Made by a program: the position numbers and the translations under genes. From Candidatus Calditenuis fumarioli (GTDB lineage Archaea; Thermoproteota; Nitrososphaeria_A; Caldarchaeales; Calditenuaceae), in NCBI GenBank assembly GCA_030059665.1, contig JANVYR010000002.1, positions 480,001 to 544,000 of the forward strand: 64,000 nt of DNA, given 5' to 3'. The notes beneath the pieces are model-generated. The model saw nothing but the letters and a program-made list of their open reading frames with translations, had not been told where the DNA came from and did not search any database. The first letter of the stretch is position 1. Each line of letters begins with the position of its first letter. Positions 28,411 through 37,322 of this stretch are shown piece after piece.

Positions 28411-30399
28411 TTGCGCTCCCTTCTCGTACCGGTCCTGGTCTTAGCCCTGACCATCGCGGCCCTCTCGATCCCCTCGCACGCCGCAAGGCTACCGCAGAGC
28501 GACTCGCTCTCGGTCGTCGACTGGTACTGGGGGAGTCCTGGGGTGAAGGTCGATGCGGGTCCCGGCGACGAGCGGATGCCCCTTACGGTCGTCCTCATCA
28601 ACACGAGGAAGGAGGTGGTCTTCGGCGTCGCTGCGGAGCTCAGGCTCTCCGGCCCCTTCAGATCGTCCGACGGATCGGCAACGCCCGTCGCATACTCTCC
28701 GGCCCCCGCGAGGAGCGGTGACGCGGTCTACCTCACGTTCGAGCTCGACGTCTCACCCGATGCCTCCCCTGGAACCTACGATCTCGAGGTTCTGGTGAGG
28801 TACAACTACGTCGACAAGAACGGAGACGTCGCCTCCTCGACCTTCACGGAGCCGATCGAGCTGGAGCTGAAGGCGAACCCTGGCATGCCCGAGCTCCTCG
28901 ACGTCGACTGGGCCTCCGGCGTTCCTCCGGAGTACGGCTCCTTGGGCCGACTGACCGTCTCCCTCGCGTTCAGGGAGAGGCTGCCGATCAACCGCCTCTC
29001 CGCCGAGCTCGAGCTCCCGGATGGCCTCAGGGGTCCAGACGGAGGGGCCGTCGTCACATCTGTGGCGGGACCGGCCGCCGGCACAGTCTACGCTCTCGGA
29101 TTCGATCTGGTGCCGCAGAGGAACGCGCCGACGAGGGCCAAGGCGACGCTCAGGGTGGAGTACGTGCTCGAGTGGGGGACGAAGAGGAGGTTCGATTACC
29201 CGATCGAGATACCCCTTAGGGGGAGGCCGGGGATCGAGGTGAGGGTGGAGCCTAGGACGCTCATCGCGGGGACCGTCAACCCCCTCAGGCTTGAGGTGGG
29301 CAACGCGGGGACCGAGGCGCTCAGGGGCGTCACGCTGAGCATATCAACCGCACCGGGCTCTCCGCTGACCCTGCTCAAGGGCTCGAGGGTCGAGCTCCAG
29401 TCGATCGGCGTGGGAGAGCTGGTGGTCCTCGAGGATCTCGTGGAGGTCTACGCCTCTCCAGGCGCTACCGAGGGACCTGTGACGCTCACGCTTAGGGCCG
29501 AGTACTTCGACTCCTCGGGGACGAGGCGGGTGGAGGTCCTGGACGTCGGGCTTGCGCTGACGCGGCCTGTCCGGAACGGGTTCGAGCTGGACTTGGGTGG
29601 GAACGCCTTGACGCTCGGGAGGGAGGGTGAGCTGAGCTTCAGGCTCCGGAACGTCTCAGGCGGCGAGGTGTCAGACGTAGAGGTGGTCGTCTCGGCAGCT
29701 CCTCCCCTGACGCTCCTCAGCTCTGGGATCTTCAGGGCCGATGCGGTACCGGCCGACGGCGTCCTCGAGTTCAAAGCACGAGTTATCCCATCGCCGACAG
29801 CCTCGGAGGGAGTTTACAGGGTCGCGGTCACGGTCACGTACAAGGACCGATACGGCCGCTTGCTCACCGAGAGCAGGGAGGTCGGGGTGCTTGTTAAGGG
29901 CCTGGTGTCCCTGAAGGTCTTCAACCTGGACGTCCTCACCGAGGACCCTGCCTCTAGGCTCTTCTCGGTGACGGGCGACCTGCTGAACGAGGGCCTCACC
30001 ACCTCGAGGACCGTGTGGGTGGAGCTGAGGGGAGACGACGTGGCCTCCTCGACGCCGTCGTACCTGGGAGACGTCCAGCCGGGGGAGCAGAAGTCGTTCT
30101 CCGTCGAGGGCAGGCTCAGGGGCGATAGCGGTCGGGTGCTGCTGGTCTTCACGTACAGGGACAGGTTCGGCGAGGTTTCGGAGTACTCGGTGCCGGTATC
30201 CGTGAAGATCGAGGGCAGCGCTGCCCGTTTCGAGACGACGCAGACCACCACCGTCACCGCTCGAACCTCATCTGAACTCTCCTACGCGTTCGGCATCGCG
30301 GGATGGGCCGCATTCATAATCAGCCTCGCGTACCTCCTGCTGGTGGCAAGGAGGAGAGGTGGACATGGACGGGGACCGGAAACCGCTGATCAGGCTTGA
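28411..30399 (+). CDS. COG1361-type secreted S-layer-domain/CARDB-repeat protein with C-terminal TM anchor
   Basis: Signal peptide, repeated Ig-like beta modules (PGTYDLEVLVRY, LRNVSG, GVYRVAVTVTYKD), Thr-rich linker and C-terminal TM helix. Confidence 0.8.
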   Translation: MRSLLVPVLVLALTIAALSIPSHAARLPQSDSLSVVDWYWGSPGVKVDAGPGDERMPLTVVLINTRKEVVFGVAAELRLSGPFRSSDGSATPVAYSPAPARSGDAVYLTFELDVSPDASPGTYDLEVLVRYNYVDKNGDVASSTFTEPIELELKANPGMPELLDVDWASGVPPEYGSLGRLTVSLAFRERLPINRLSAELELPDGLRGPDGGAVVTSVAGPAAGTVYALGFDLVPQRNAPTRAKATLRVEYVLEWGTKRRFDYPIEIPLRGRPGIEVRVEPRTLIAGTVNPLRLEVGNAGTEALRGVTLSISTAPGSPLTLLKGSRVELQSIGVGELVVLEDLVEVYASPGATEGPVTLTLRAEYFDSSGTRRVEVLDVGLALTRPVRNGFELDLGGNALTLGREGELSFRLRNVSGGEVSDVEVVVSAAPPLTLLSSGIFRADAVPADGVLEFKARVIPSPTASEGVYRVAVTVTYKDRYGRLLTESREVGVLVKGLVSLKVFNLDVLTEDPASRLFSVTGDLLNEGLTTSRTVWVELRGDDVASSTPSYLGDVQPGEQKSFSVEGRLRGDSGRVLLVFTYRDRFGEVSEYSVPVSVKIEGSAARFETTQTTTVTARTSSELSYAFGIAGWAAFIISLAYLLLVARRRGGHGRGPETADQA

Positions 30400-31087
30400 G
30401 TCGGTCCAGAAGTTCTACAACTCCGGCGCCTCCCGAGTTCACGCCCTCAGGGGCATCGACCTTACGGTTTGGGAGGGCGACATGATCGCCATCATGGGAC
30501 CAAGCGGCTCCGGCAAGTCGACGCTCCTCAACCTGATGGGCCTCCTCGACCGTCCGACGTCGGGCAGGATATTGTTCAGGGGGAAGGACGTATCGAGGCT
30601 CAGCGACGACGAGCTCTCCCACCTCAGAGGTAGCGAGATCGGCTTCGTCTTCCAGAACTACAACCTGATACCGCGCCTCACCGTGATCGAGAACGTGATG
30701 CTCCCGATGACGCTCGTGAGCAAGGTTCCCGAACAGGAGAGGCGGAGAAGGGCCCTGAAGCTCCTCGAGCAGGTCGGCCTGAGCCACAGGGTCAACCACA
30801 AGGCCGTCCTCCTCAGCGGCGGAGAGCAGCAGCGCGTGGCGATCGCAAGGGCCCTCGCCAACGACCCATCGCTGATACTCGCGGACGAGCCGACGGGGAA
30901 CCTGGACACGAACACCGGCAGACAAATCATGGAGATCTTCAAGGAGCTGAACGAGAGGGGCAAGACTATCGTTATCGTCACCCACAACGTCGAGGTCACC
31001 GAGTACGTTAGGAGGGTGCTGAGGATCAGGGACGGCAGGATAGTCGGGGAGGAGCTGAGGGGGCAGCAGGCCGTCAGGGAATCCTGA
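30359..31087 (+). CDS. ABC transporter ATP-binding protein (LolD/MacB-like)
   Basis: [44 protein letters not shown]. Confidence 0.95.
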   Translation: MDMDGDRKPLIRLESVQKFYNSGASRVHALRGIDLTVWEGDMIAIMGPSGSGKSTLLNLMGLLDRPTSGRILFRGKDVSRLSDDELSHLRGSEIGFVFQNYNLIPRLTVIENVMLPMTLVSKVPEQERRRRALKLLEQVGLSHRVNHKAVLLSGGEQQRVAIARALANDPSLILADEPTGNLDTNTGRQIMEIFKELNERGKTIVIVTHNVEVTEYVRRVLRIRDGRIVGEELRGQQAVRES

Positions 31088-32414
31088 ACCTGCCCCTCTT
31101 CACTCCGTGGGACCTCCTCTCCTCTGCGGTCAGCTCGAAGGCCGCTCTGATGGCTCTCTCATAGGCCTGCGAAGGTGAAAGGCCCCTTCTCGACATCATC
31201 CGCCTGGCTGTCTCGAGGGCGGACTCGAGCTCCAGCTCGAAGAGCTCGCCGACGAGGGGCTTGGCCGACACGGCGAAGGGAGGGACGTCGGAGGTCACGA
31301 ACCCGTAGATGTGGCTGAAGGAGCCCACGGACTTCCCCGAGAAGACGAGGGTCCCTATCGCGGACTTGACGTGGTCACCGATCACGGGCCCCAGGAAGGT
31401 CCTGCCGGTGTCAACCGATGCGCCGCCCAACCTGACGCGCACCGTGCCGTAGGTGTTCTTCAGGTTCGAGACGGTGGTCCCAGCACCGAGGTTGACCCAC
31501 TCGCCGACATAGGAGTGGCCGAGGTAGCCGTAGTGCCTCTTGTTGGAGTATCCCAGGACGACCGAGCTATCCACCTCTCCTCCGACCCTGCAGACGGGTC
31601 CTATGTAGGAGGATGCGACGTTCGATCCCGGAAAGACAATCGTACCGTCGCCGACGAAGCAGGGCCCCTCGATCCTGGAGTGCGACATGACCCTGACGGA
31701 TTCGCCGATGAAGATCGGACCTCTCCTCAGGTCGAGCGTGACGAACGGCTCCAGCACCGATCCGCGACCGATGTGGATCCTCGAACGGTCACCCAGCACC
31801 CTGACCTGCTCGTCCACGTCCCCGAGGATCCTGCCGTCGACCAGCCGGTCCAGCTCCGAGGGGAGCAGCATCTCCGTCACCGGTATGAGGTCCCAGACAG
31901 ACCCGATCCTGAGGAGCCCTCCGACATCGAACTTCTCCTCGAGCTCGTCCGAGAGAGACCTCAGGAGGTCCTTCGCCGTGAAGCCCGAATCGGACCCGGG
32001 GTCGCTCAAGGCGTCCAGGAGCGCGACCCTTCTCACCAGCGCAGCCACCAGCCGGCCGTCGGAGACCAAGGCCCTTCCGGGCGAGTCGAGCCGCCTCAGG
32101 AGGTCCCTCAGCGCGCCGTCAACGAGGTATGTCGGGTCCAGAATCAGCACACGCTCCGTCTCGATAGAGTCGGCGTCCGCGGCGAAGCCCTCTCCCAACC
32201 TCTCACCGAGCAGGTCACGGAGGTACCTCCGGGTGAGGACAACGATCGGTGCCCCGCATTCGACCCCGAGCCCGGCAGCCCGCTCGAGCAGCGTCAGGGC
32301 CCCAACCCTCAGCTCCGGGACAGAGCGGAGGAGTGAGAGCGGCGCGAAGTTCCAGGGATCGGTCTCGAGCAGGACGAGCTGAGCGCCCTCGGGGCCCTTC
32401 GCCACGCCCCGCAC
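31074..32414 (-). CDS. GlmU-like sugar nucleotidyltransferase with hexapeptide repeats
   Basis: [20 protein letters not shown], left-handed beta-helix repeats, [30 protein letters not shown]. Confidence 0.82.
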   Translation of the reverse strand: MRGVAKGPEGAQLVLLETDPWNFAPLSLLRSVPELRVGALTLLERAAGLGVECGAPIVVLTRRYLRDLLGERLGEGFAADADSIETERVLILDPTYLVDGALRDLLRRLDSPGRALVSDGRLVAALVRRVALLDALSDPGSDSGFTAKDLLRSLSDELEEKFDVGGLLRIGSVWDLIPVTEMLLPSELDRLVDGRILGDVDEQVRVLGDRSRIHIGRGSVLEPFVTLDLRRGPIFIGESVRVMSHSRIEGPCFVGDGTIVFPGSNVASSYIGPVCRVGGEVDSSVVLGYSNKRHYGYLGHSYVGEWVNLGAGTTVSNLKNTYGTVRVRLGGASVDTGRTFLGPVIGDHVKSAIGTLVFSGKSVGSFSHIYGFVTSDVPPFAVSAKPLVGELFELELESALETARRMMSRRGLSPSQAYERAIRAAFELTAEERRSHGVKRGRFRIP

Positions 32415-32415
32415 C

Positions 32416-32940
32416 TCACCGCCTCGCGAGGTGGACGAGATGCGGCAGCTCGCCAGCAACGATCTCGGCCGCCAACCGCGCGCCGTCCGGTGATCCCGGG
32501 AACGCGAAGACCACCATCCCCCTGACCACGCCCGCAGTGGCCCTGCTGAGCATCGCGGCCCCACCGATCCGCCGGTAGCTCTCGGCCCTGAAGACCTCAC
32601 CGAACCCGGGAAGCTCCTTGTCGAAGAGGGGCCTTAGCGCCTCGACGGTCACGTCCCTGGAGGTCACGCCGGTCCCACCGATGACGACGAACGCGTCGCA
32701 GCCCTCCTCGAGCGCTTTGTAGAGTGTCCTCCTGATCATCCGGACGTCGTCGTCGACCACCCCGTACCTCCTCACCGCGTGTCCGGCTCTCCTCAGGACC
32801 TCCTCCACCGCATCGCCCGACTCGTCCGCGACGGCCTCGCCCTGCAGCGATCTGGCGTACCTCGAGCTGCTGGCGGTTACGATCCCGACCGTGACCGATC
32901 TCGGAGCGGCCTCCCTGTGCTCCTTGACGGGCCCGCTCAA
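32416..32940 (-). CDS. moaB: Molybdopterin adenylyltransferase MoaB/MogA
   Basis: GIVTASSSR, DESG, IGGTGVTSRDVT, LPGFGE.FR, LSRATAG, FPGSP. Confidence 0.92.
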   Translation of the reverse strand: MSGPVKEHREAAPRSVTVGIVTASSSRYARSLQGEAVADESGDAVEEVLRRAGHAVRRYGVVDDDVRMIRRTLYKALEEGCDAFVVIGGTGVTSRDVTVEALRPLFDKELPGFGEVFRAESYRRIGGAAMLSRATAGVVRGMVVFAFPGSPDGARLAAEIVAGELPHLVHLARR

Positions 32941-32970
32941 CGTCCCACCGCGATTTCAGTCGACGCGCCT

Positions 32971-33924
32971 CTATCTGAGACTTCTGGCGAAGCGGAGGAC
33001 CTCGGAGGCCAACCTCACCGCCCTCGTCCTGTCGGTCATCAAAGTGTCCGTGACGAGCACCTTGACGTCCAGCTCCGACTCGATCCTGCGGGCGAGATCC
33101 GCATCAACCCTGTCTATCACCATCCCGTCGAGCCCGAAGAGCTCGGAGTAGTACTTGGCCACTCCGTACGCGGACGGCTCCATCCCGAAGGCCTTCATCA
33201 GTTTGTCCGCGGGGCCTCTCAGTGCCCTGCCGCCGACGATGGGCGAGACGGCCACCTTGACCGCCCCGCTCGACCTCACAGCGTCGAGAACTCCCCGCGT
33301 CTCGAGGATCGGCCTGACGCTCAGGATCGGGTTGCTCGGAGCGACGATCACCGCCTCGGACCGGCTCAGCGCCTCGATCACCCCCGGCGCGGCCTCCTCA
33401 TCGGGAGACCTCTCTACGGTTATCCTGAGGACCTCCGGCTCAGCCCTACGCTTGACGAAGTACTCCTGGAAGCTCATCGGCCCCTCCGAGGTGAAGACGG
33501 TGGTTTTGACGCGGCTGTCGGTCATCGGAATCACCCTGCACCTGATTCCTAGCTTACGGGCGATCAGCTCGGTCACATCCGACAACCTCATCCCCGAGGA
33601 GAGGAGCTCGGTCCTGAGCAGATTCGTGGCCAGGTCGGCGTCGCCTATCCTGAACCAGTTCTCCCTCCCGAGCCTACCGAGGGCCTCGTTGCACCTGAAC
33701 GTGTCCCCGGCTATCCCCCATCCCCTCTCCCAGTCGCCGATCCCGGAGAGGGCGTAGAGGACCGTGTCCACGTCTGGCGAGATGTGCAGCCCGTAGACCA
33801 CCTCGTCGTCGGCGGTGTTCACGATCACCACCAGCTCCTCCCCGAGCAGCTCGTAGAGGCCTGCGGCGAGCCTGGATCCCCCGACGCCACCCGAGAGCAG
33901 CGCTATCAGAGCTGCCTCCCCCAC
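32971..33924 (-). CDS. cofD: 2-phospho-L-lactate transferase (F420 biosynthesis; start approximate)
   Basis: LSGGVGGSRL, VNTADD..VYGLHISPDVDTVLY, WFRIGDADLAT, APSNPILS, VSPIVGG..LRGPADKLM. Confidence 0.92.
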   Translation of the reverse strand: MGEAALIALLSGGVGGSRLAAGLYELLGEELVVIVNTADDEVVYGLHISPDVDTVLYALSGIGDWERGWGIAGDTFRCNEALGRLGRENWFRIGDADLATNLLRTELLSSGMRLSDVTELIARKLGIRCRVIPMTDSRVKTTVFTSEGPMSFQEYFVKRRAEPEVLRITVERSPDEEAAPGVIEALSRSEAVIVAPSNPILSVRPILETRGVLDAVRSSGAVKVAVSPIVGGRALRGPADKLMKAFGMEPSAYGVAKYYSELFGLDGMVIDRVDADLARRIESELDVKVLVTDTLMTDRTRAVRLASEVLRFARSLR

Positions 33925-34553
33925 CTGTCGAGCGCGGCTATCTCGGAGAGCGGCTTCCTCTCCGCATCCCTCGTCCCTCCCGGAAGGCCGATCTCGATCA
34001 GGGCCTGGGGCTCGAAGTCCTCCGGAAGCCCGAGCACACGTTTGACCGCGTCGGGGGCGAAGAGGGGCCCGCACCTCCAGCATGCTCCCAGACCCATGGC
34101 GTGCAGTGCCAGCAGCAGGTTCTGGATGAAGGCCGCCACCGACTGGATCGCCATCACGTGCTCGAACCGGTTCCTCCTCTCGTCAGGGTAGCGGTCCATG
34201 TCCCTCATCGTCATGCAGACCACGACGACCACCGAGGCCCTCAACGTCCTCCTCATCGACTCCCTCACGATCGCCTCCACCTTCCACTCCGGGAAACCGT
34301 CAGAACTGAGGTCCCTCCGCCACTCCTCAGCCATCGCCTCGAGCAGCTCGGTCAGAACCCGCCTGTCCCTGATCACCACCACCCGCCACGGCTGGGCGTT
34401 GTGCGCGCTCGGCGCAGTGCAGGCCACCTCCAGCGCCCTCAGGACCTTCTCCAACGGGACCTCCCCCTCTCCCAGCAGCTTCGACGACCTCCTGCTCGAG
34501 ATGAAACGTAGCAGATCCTCCTCCGTGCAGTTATCGCGCGACGTTCCCGACAT
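33906..34553 (-). CDS. Nitroreductase-family protein, FbiB C-terminal (dehydro-F420 reductase)-like
   Basis: ISSRRS, APSAHNAQPWRVV, YPDERRNRFEHVMAIQSVAAFIQNLLLALHAMGLGACW; adjacent to cofD. Confidence 0.8.
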   Translation of the reverse strand: MSGTSRDNCTEEDLLRFISSRRSSKLLGEGEVPLEKVLRALEVACTAPSAHNAQPWRVVVIRDRRVLTELLEAMAEEWRRDLSSDGFPEWKVEAIVRESMRRTLRASVVVVVCMTMRDMDRYPDERRNRFEHVMAIQSVAAFIQNLLLALHAMGLGACWRCGPLFAPDAVKRVLGLPEDFEPQALIEIGLPGGTRDAERKPLSEIAALDRWGRQL

Positions 34554-34564
34554 TCCGGACCACC

Positions 34565-35200
34565 TCAGAGCGCGAACCTCCTCGCCAACCTTCTGGCCGC
34601 CTCCAGGTCCTCGGGCGTGTTCACGTTGACCGCGAAGCTCTCCTCCTCAACCGTGAGGACGTGCATCCCGGAGAGAAGCAGGTCCAGCGGCGTACCTGCC
34701 TCGTGGTGGATCAGCTTGATTCCCGAGTGCTGCAGATCTTTGCCGATCATACCGTGGGGCGCAGAGGGCCTCACCCCCAGCGAGACCGCGAGCCTCACCG
34801 GAACGGTCACCACGACCATCCGCATTCCCTTCAGGTCGCCCACGTGGTGCCTCACCAGCAGCTCCTCGACCTTTGCCGGGTCGATGAACGGGACGTCCGC
34901 GGAGAAGGCTGCGTAGCTGCCCGAACCCATGGACTCCATGGCCTCGTGAAGGTCGTCGTAATGGCCCCTGCCAGAGGCCACGAAGACCTCGATGCCCCTT
35001 CGCCTCAAGTGTGAGGTGGTGGTCGGGGTATAAGGGCTGGTGACGCAGATTACCCTCCGAAGAGACCTGACCAGCGCCAGCCTCTCGAGGACGTGCTCCA
35101 CCATCGGCCTGCCGTCGATCTCCAGCAGCGCCTTCTCCACACCACCCATCCTCGTTCCCCTTCCTCCGGCCATCACGAGGCCAACGTGGGTCCCACCCAT
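34565..35200 (-). CDS. MobA/CobY-like nucleotidyltransferase
   Basis: VMAGGRGTRMGGVEKALL...PMV, SADVPF, NVNTPEDL. Confidence 0.82.
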   Translation of the reverse strand: MGGTHVGLVMAGGRGTRMGGVEKALLEIDGRPMVEHVLERLALVRSLRRVICVTSPYTPTTTSHLRRRGIEVFVASGRGHYDDLHEAMESMGSGSYAAFSADVPFIDPAKVEELLVRHHVGDLKGMRMVVVTVPVRLAVSLGVRPSAPHGMIGKDLQHSGIKLIHHEAGTPLDLLLSGMHVLTVEEESFAVNVNTPEDLEAARRLARRFAL

Positions 35201-35337
35201 CCCGTCGCATCCCACCCCGCCGCGGTAAAGGGCCTTCGCCCATTTCCCCTTCCACCTCGTCGAGCCCGAGGGCTGCACCCACCCACGAGCTACCAGAAAA
35301 TCTTATAACGTGGTACTCATCCCTTTTTAAGGAAAGG

Positions 35338-35925
35338 ATGAGCGGCCAGCAGTACCCTGAACCCAAGATCGAGATACAGAACGTGGTCGCGTCGGTCACC
35401 CTGAACCAGAAGCTCGACCTCCAGGCGATACAGAACGCCTTCCCGCAGGTGGACTACAAGCCGGCCCAGTTCCCGGGGCTGGTCTTCAGGCTCGAGAAGC
35501 CGAGGACGGCCACGCTGATCTTCAGCAGCGGCAAGATGGTCTGCACCGGAGCGAAGAGCGAGGAGGAGGCGAGGAGGGCCGTGATGCGCGTGGTCCGCCT
35601 CCTGAAGGAGAAGGGCTTCCTGATCAAGGAGGAGCCGATCATCGAGATACAGAACATCGTGGCCTCGATAGACCTCTTCGGCAGGATCGACCTAGAGCTC
35701 GCCGCCAACACGCTCGAGAACGTGATGTACGAGCCGGAGCAGTTCCCCGGGCTGATCTACCGGATGTCGTCGCCGAAGGTGGTGATCCTGATGTTCGCGA
35801 GCGGCAAGCTCGTCTGCACCGGCGCCAAGACCGAGAGGGAGGTGCACGAGGCCATCAGGAAGCTCTCGGAGGAGCTGAGGGAGAAGGGCCTGATCACCTA
35901 CGTCAGCCAGGTCGCCGGCAGCTGA
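35338..35925 (+). CDS. tbp: TATA-box binding protein
   Basis: Two repeats IQNVVAS / IQNIVAS, Y.P.QFPGL..R, LIFSSGKMVCTGAK. Confidence 0.98.
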   Translation: MSGQQYPEPKIEIQNVVASVTLNQKLDLQAIQNAFPQVDYKPAQFPGLVFRLEKPRTATLIFSSGKMVCTGAKSEEEARRAVMRVVRLLKEKGFLIKEEPIIEIQNIVASIDLFGRIDLELAANTLENVMYEPEQFPGLIYRMSSPKVVILMFASGKLVCTGAKTEREVHEAIRKLSEELREKGLITYVSQVAGS

Positions 35926-35979
35926 ACCGGTTGCTCCACAGCTTATAGCGTACTCAGCATACTCTTCAAATGAGGAGGG

Positions 35980-36612
35980 TTGATGCTGGTCCAGCTCCTC
36001 CTGCCCTTCCACTGCCCCTGGTCCCAGTTCCTCAGGTCGAAGGGCCTGAAGTCTGGGATCGTGAGGTGCGTGCCCAACCAGGAGACGGGAGGTGTCACCG
36101 CACTGGTGAAGGTCAGGTCGGAGGGAGCGCAGCCCAGCGAGGTGGAGGGATTGGTGGGGTCCGCGAGCGGCGTGGTCGGTGCCAAGTTCCTCCGGTCCCA
36201 CGACGGCTCCTCCCTGGTAGGTCTGGTCCGGACCAGCAGGTGCATGTGCGCGATGTCTGGGATACCCCTCAGGAAGGTGATAGGCGTCTCCGAGGACGAG
36301 CGTGGGATCAGGATCAGGGTGCTGCTCGACGAGCCCTCGGAGCTCAACGACCTGATACGGGAGGTCACGGCGCGCGGCTTCAGGCCGTCGATAGAGGAGG
36401 TGGTGCAGCTGAGGGAGGTCGAGCGGAGGCCGAGGCTGAAGCCCAGGCAGGAGCAGCTCCTCCTCGCTGCCCTCGAGCTCGGGTACTACGAGGTGCCGAA
36501 GCGGGTCGGTACCAGGGAGCTGGCAGATCTGTTCGGCGTCTCACCCAGGGCGGTCTCGGAGGTCCTGAGGAGGGCCCACAAGCGGCTCGTCGAGAGCGCG
36601 CTGCTCGGCTGA
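35980..36612 (+). CDS. Bacterio-opsin-activator (HTH_10) type transcriptional regulator
   Basis: C-terminal LKPRQEQLLLAALELGYYEVPKRVGTRELADLFGVS..AVSE.LRRA. Confidence 0.88.
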   Translation: MMLVQLLLPFHCPWSQFLRSKGLKSGIVRCVPNQETGGVTALVKVRSEGAQPSEVEGLVGSASGVVGAKFLRSHDGSSLVGLVRTSRCMCAMSGIPLRKVIGVSEDERGIRIRVLLDEPSELNDLIREVTARGFRPSIEEVVQLREVERRPRLKPRQEQLLLAALELGYYEVPKRVGTRELADLFGVSPRAVSEVLRRAHKRLVESALLG

Positions 36613-36734
36613 CGTAGGTTGCTTCTCGGTGACCGGAAGCCGGCGTCGAATCATCGAGCGCTACGCTTTGTCATCAGATCGGCATTCGGTGCGCAGGGAA
36701 GGGCCGGGGTTCAGAGTTCGTAAGGGTTGCGGAA

Positions 36735-36788
36735 AGCTCAGCGGTATTCCCCCTCATCACCGATCAGAAGGCGGTGTTCATCATCGTC
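36735..36788 (-). ncRNA. C/D box sRNA (2'-O-methylation guide)
   Basis: Minus strand: ATGATGA (C) ACACCGCCTT CTGA (D') TCG GTGATGA (C') GGGGGAATACCG CTGA (D); TTTAAAT box about 25 nt upstream. Confidence 0.85.
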
Positions 36789-36810
36789 TCCATCACTGCT
36801 CTGAGTTCCG

Positions 36811-36818
36811 ATTTAAAC
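36811..36818 (-). promoter_or_regulatory. TATA box of the C/D sRNA
   Basis: GTTTAAAT on the minus strand at canonical distance from the C box. Confidence 0.6.
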
Positions 36819-37034
36819 GTTCCAGGAGCTGGGGGCTCACGGGGCGAACGGTACCTTCGGGCCCTCACGAGGCCCCTCGAACCGGAGCACGGCAGCCGGG
36901 TTGCGGCGCGGTTCAACGCGTCCCACGAACGGGTGCAGCGCACCTCTCCTCCTCATTTAGTTAGGTCCGAAGCTGCGCCCTAACGTGGCTTGAGTTTATG
37001 AGTTGGCTTCGGAATCGAGATGTCTGGCTGGGTT

Positions 37035-37108
37035 GCCTGGGTAGTATAGCCAGGTTAGTATACCGGCCTGTCGAGCCGGTGACCCGGGTTCAAATCCCGG
37101 CCCAGGCG
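37035..37108 (+). tRNA. tRNA-Asp(GUC), intronless, CCA not encoded
   Basis: GCCTGGG/CCCAGGC acceptor stem, CCGGC-CTGTCGA-GCCGG anticodon arm, GGTTCAAATCC T-loop. Confidence 0.95.
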
Positions 37109-37322
37109 CTAAAACTCGCTGTTTTGAGAAATCGGTAGTTTGATTGTGAGCAGGAAAACAGAACAAAGGCCGAGCGACCGGATTTTCCATCAGCAGAGGA
37201 ATTTCGTGGATCGACCCCTCTCGCTCACCAGGCCAGGGAGGCCGGGAAAGTCTCACCCTCCTCGGCTCCAGAACTCCCCGGAGACGGGGACTCCCCTGCT
37301 TCCAAAAGATATTTGAGGCGAC

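Noticed and set aside
37110-37320. Intergenic DNA after tRNA-Asp as a possible integration scar
   Set aside because: No duplicated tRNA-Asp 3' segment or mobile gene found in the window
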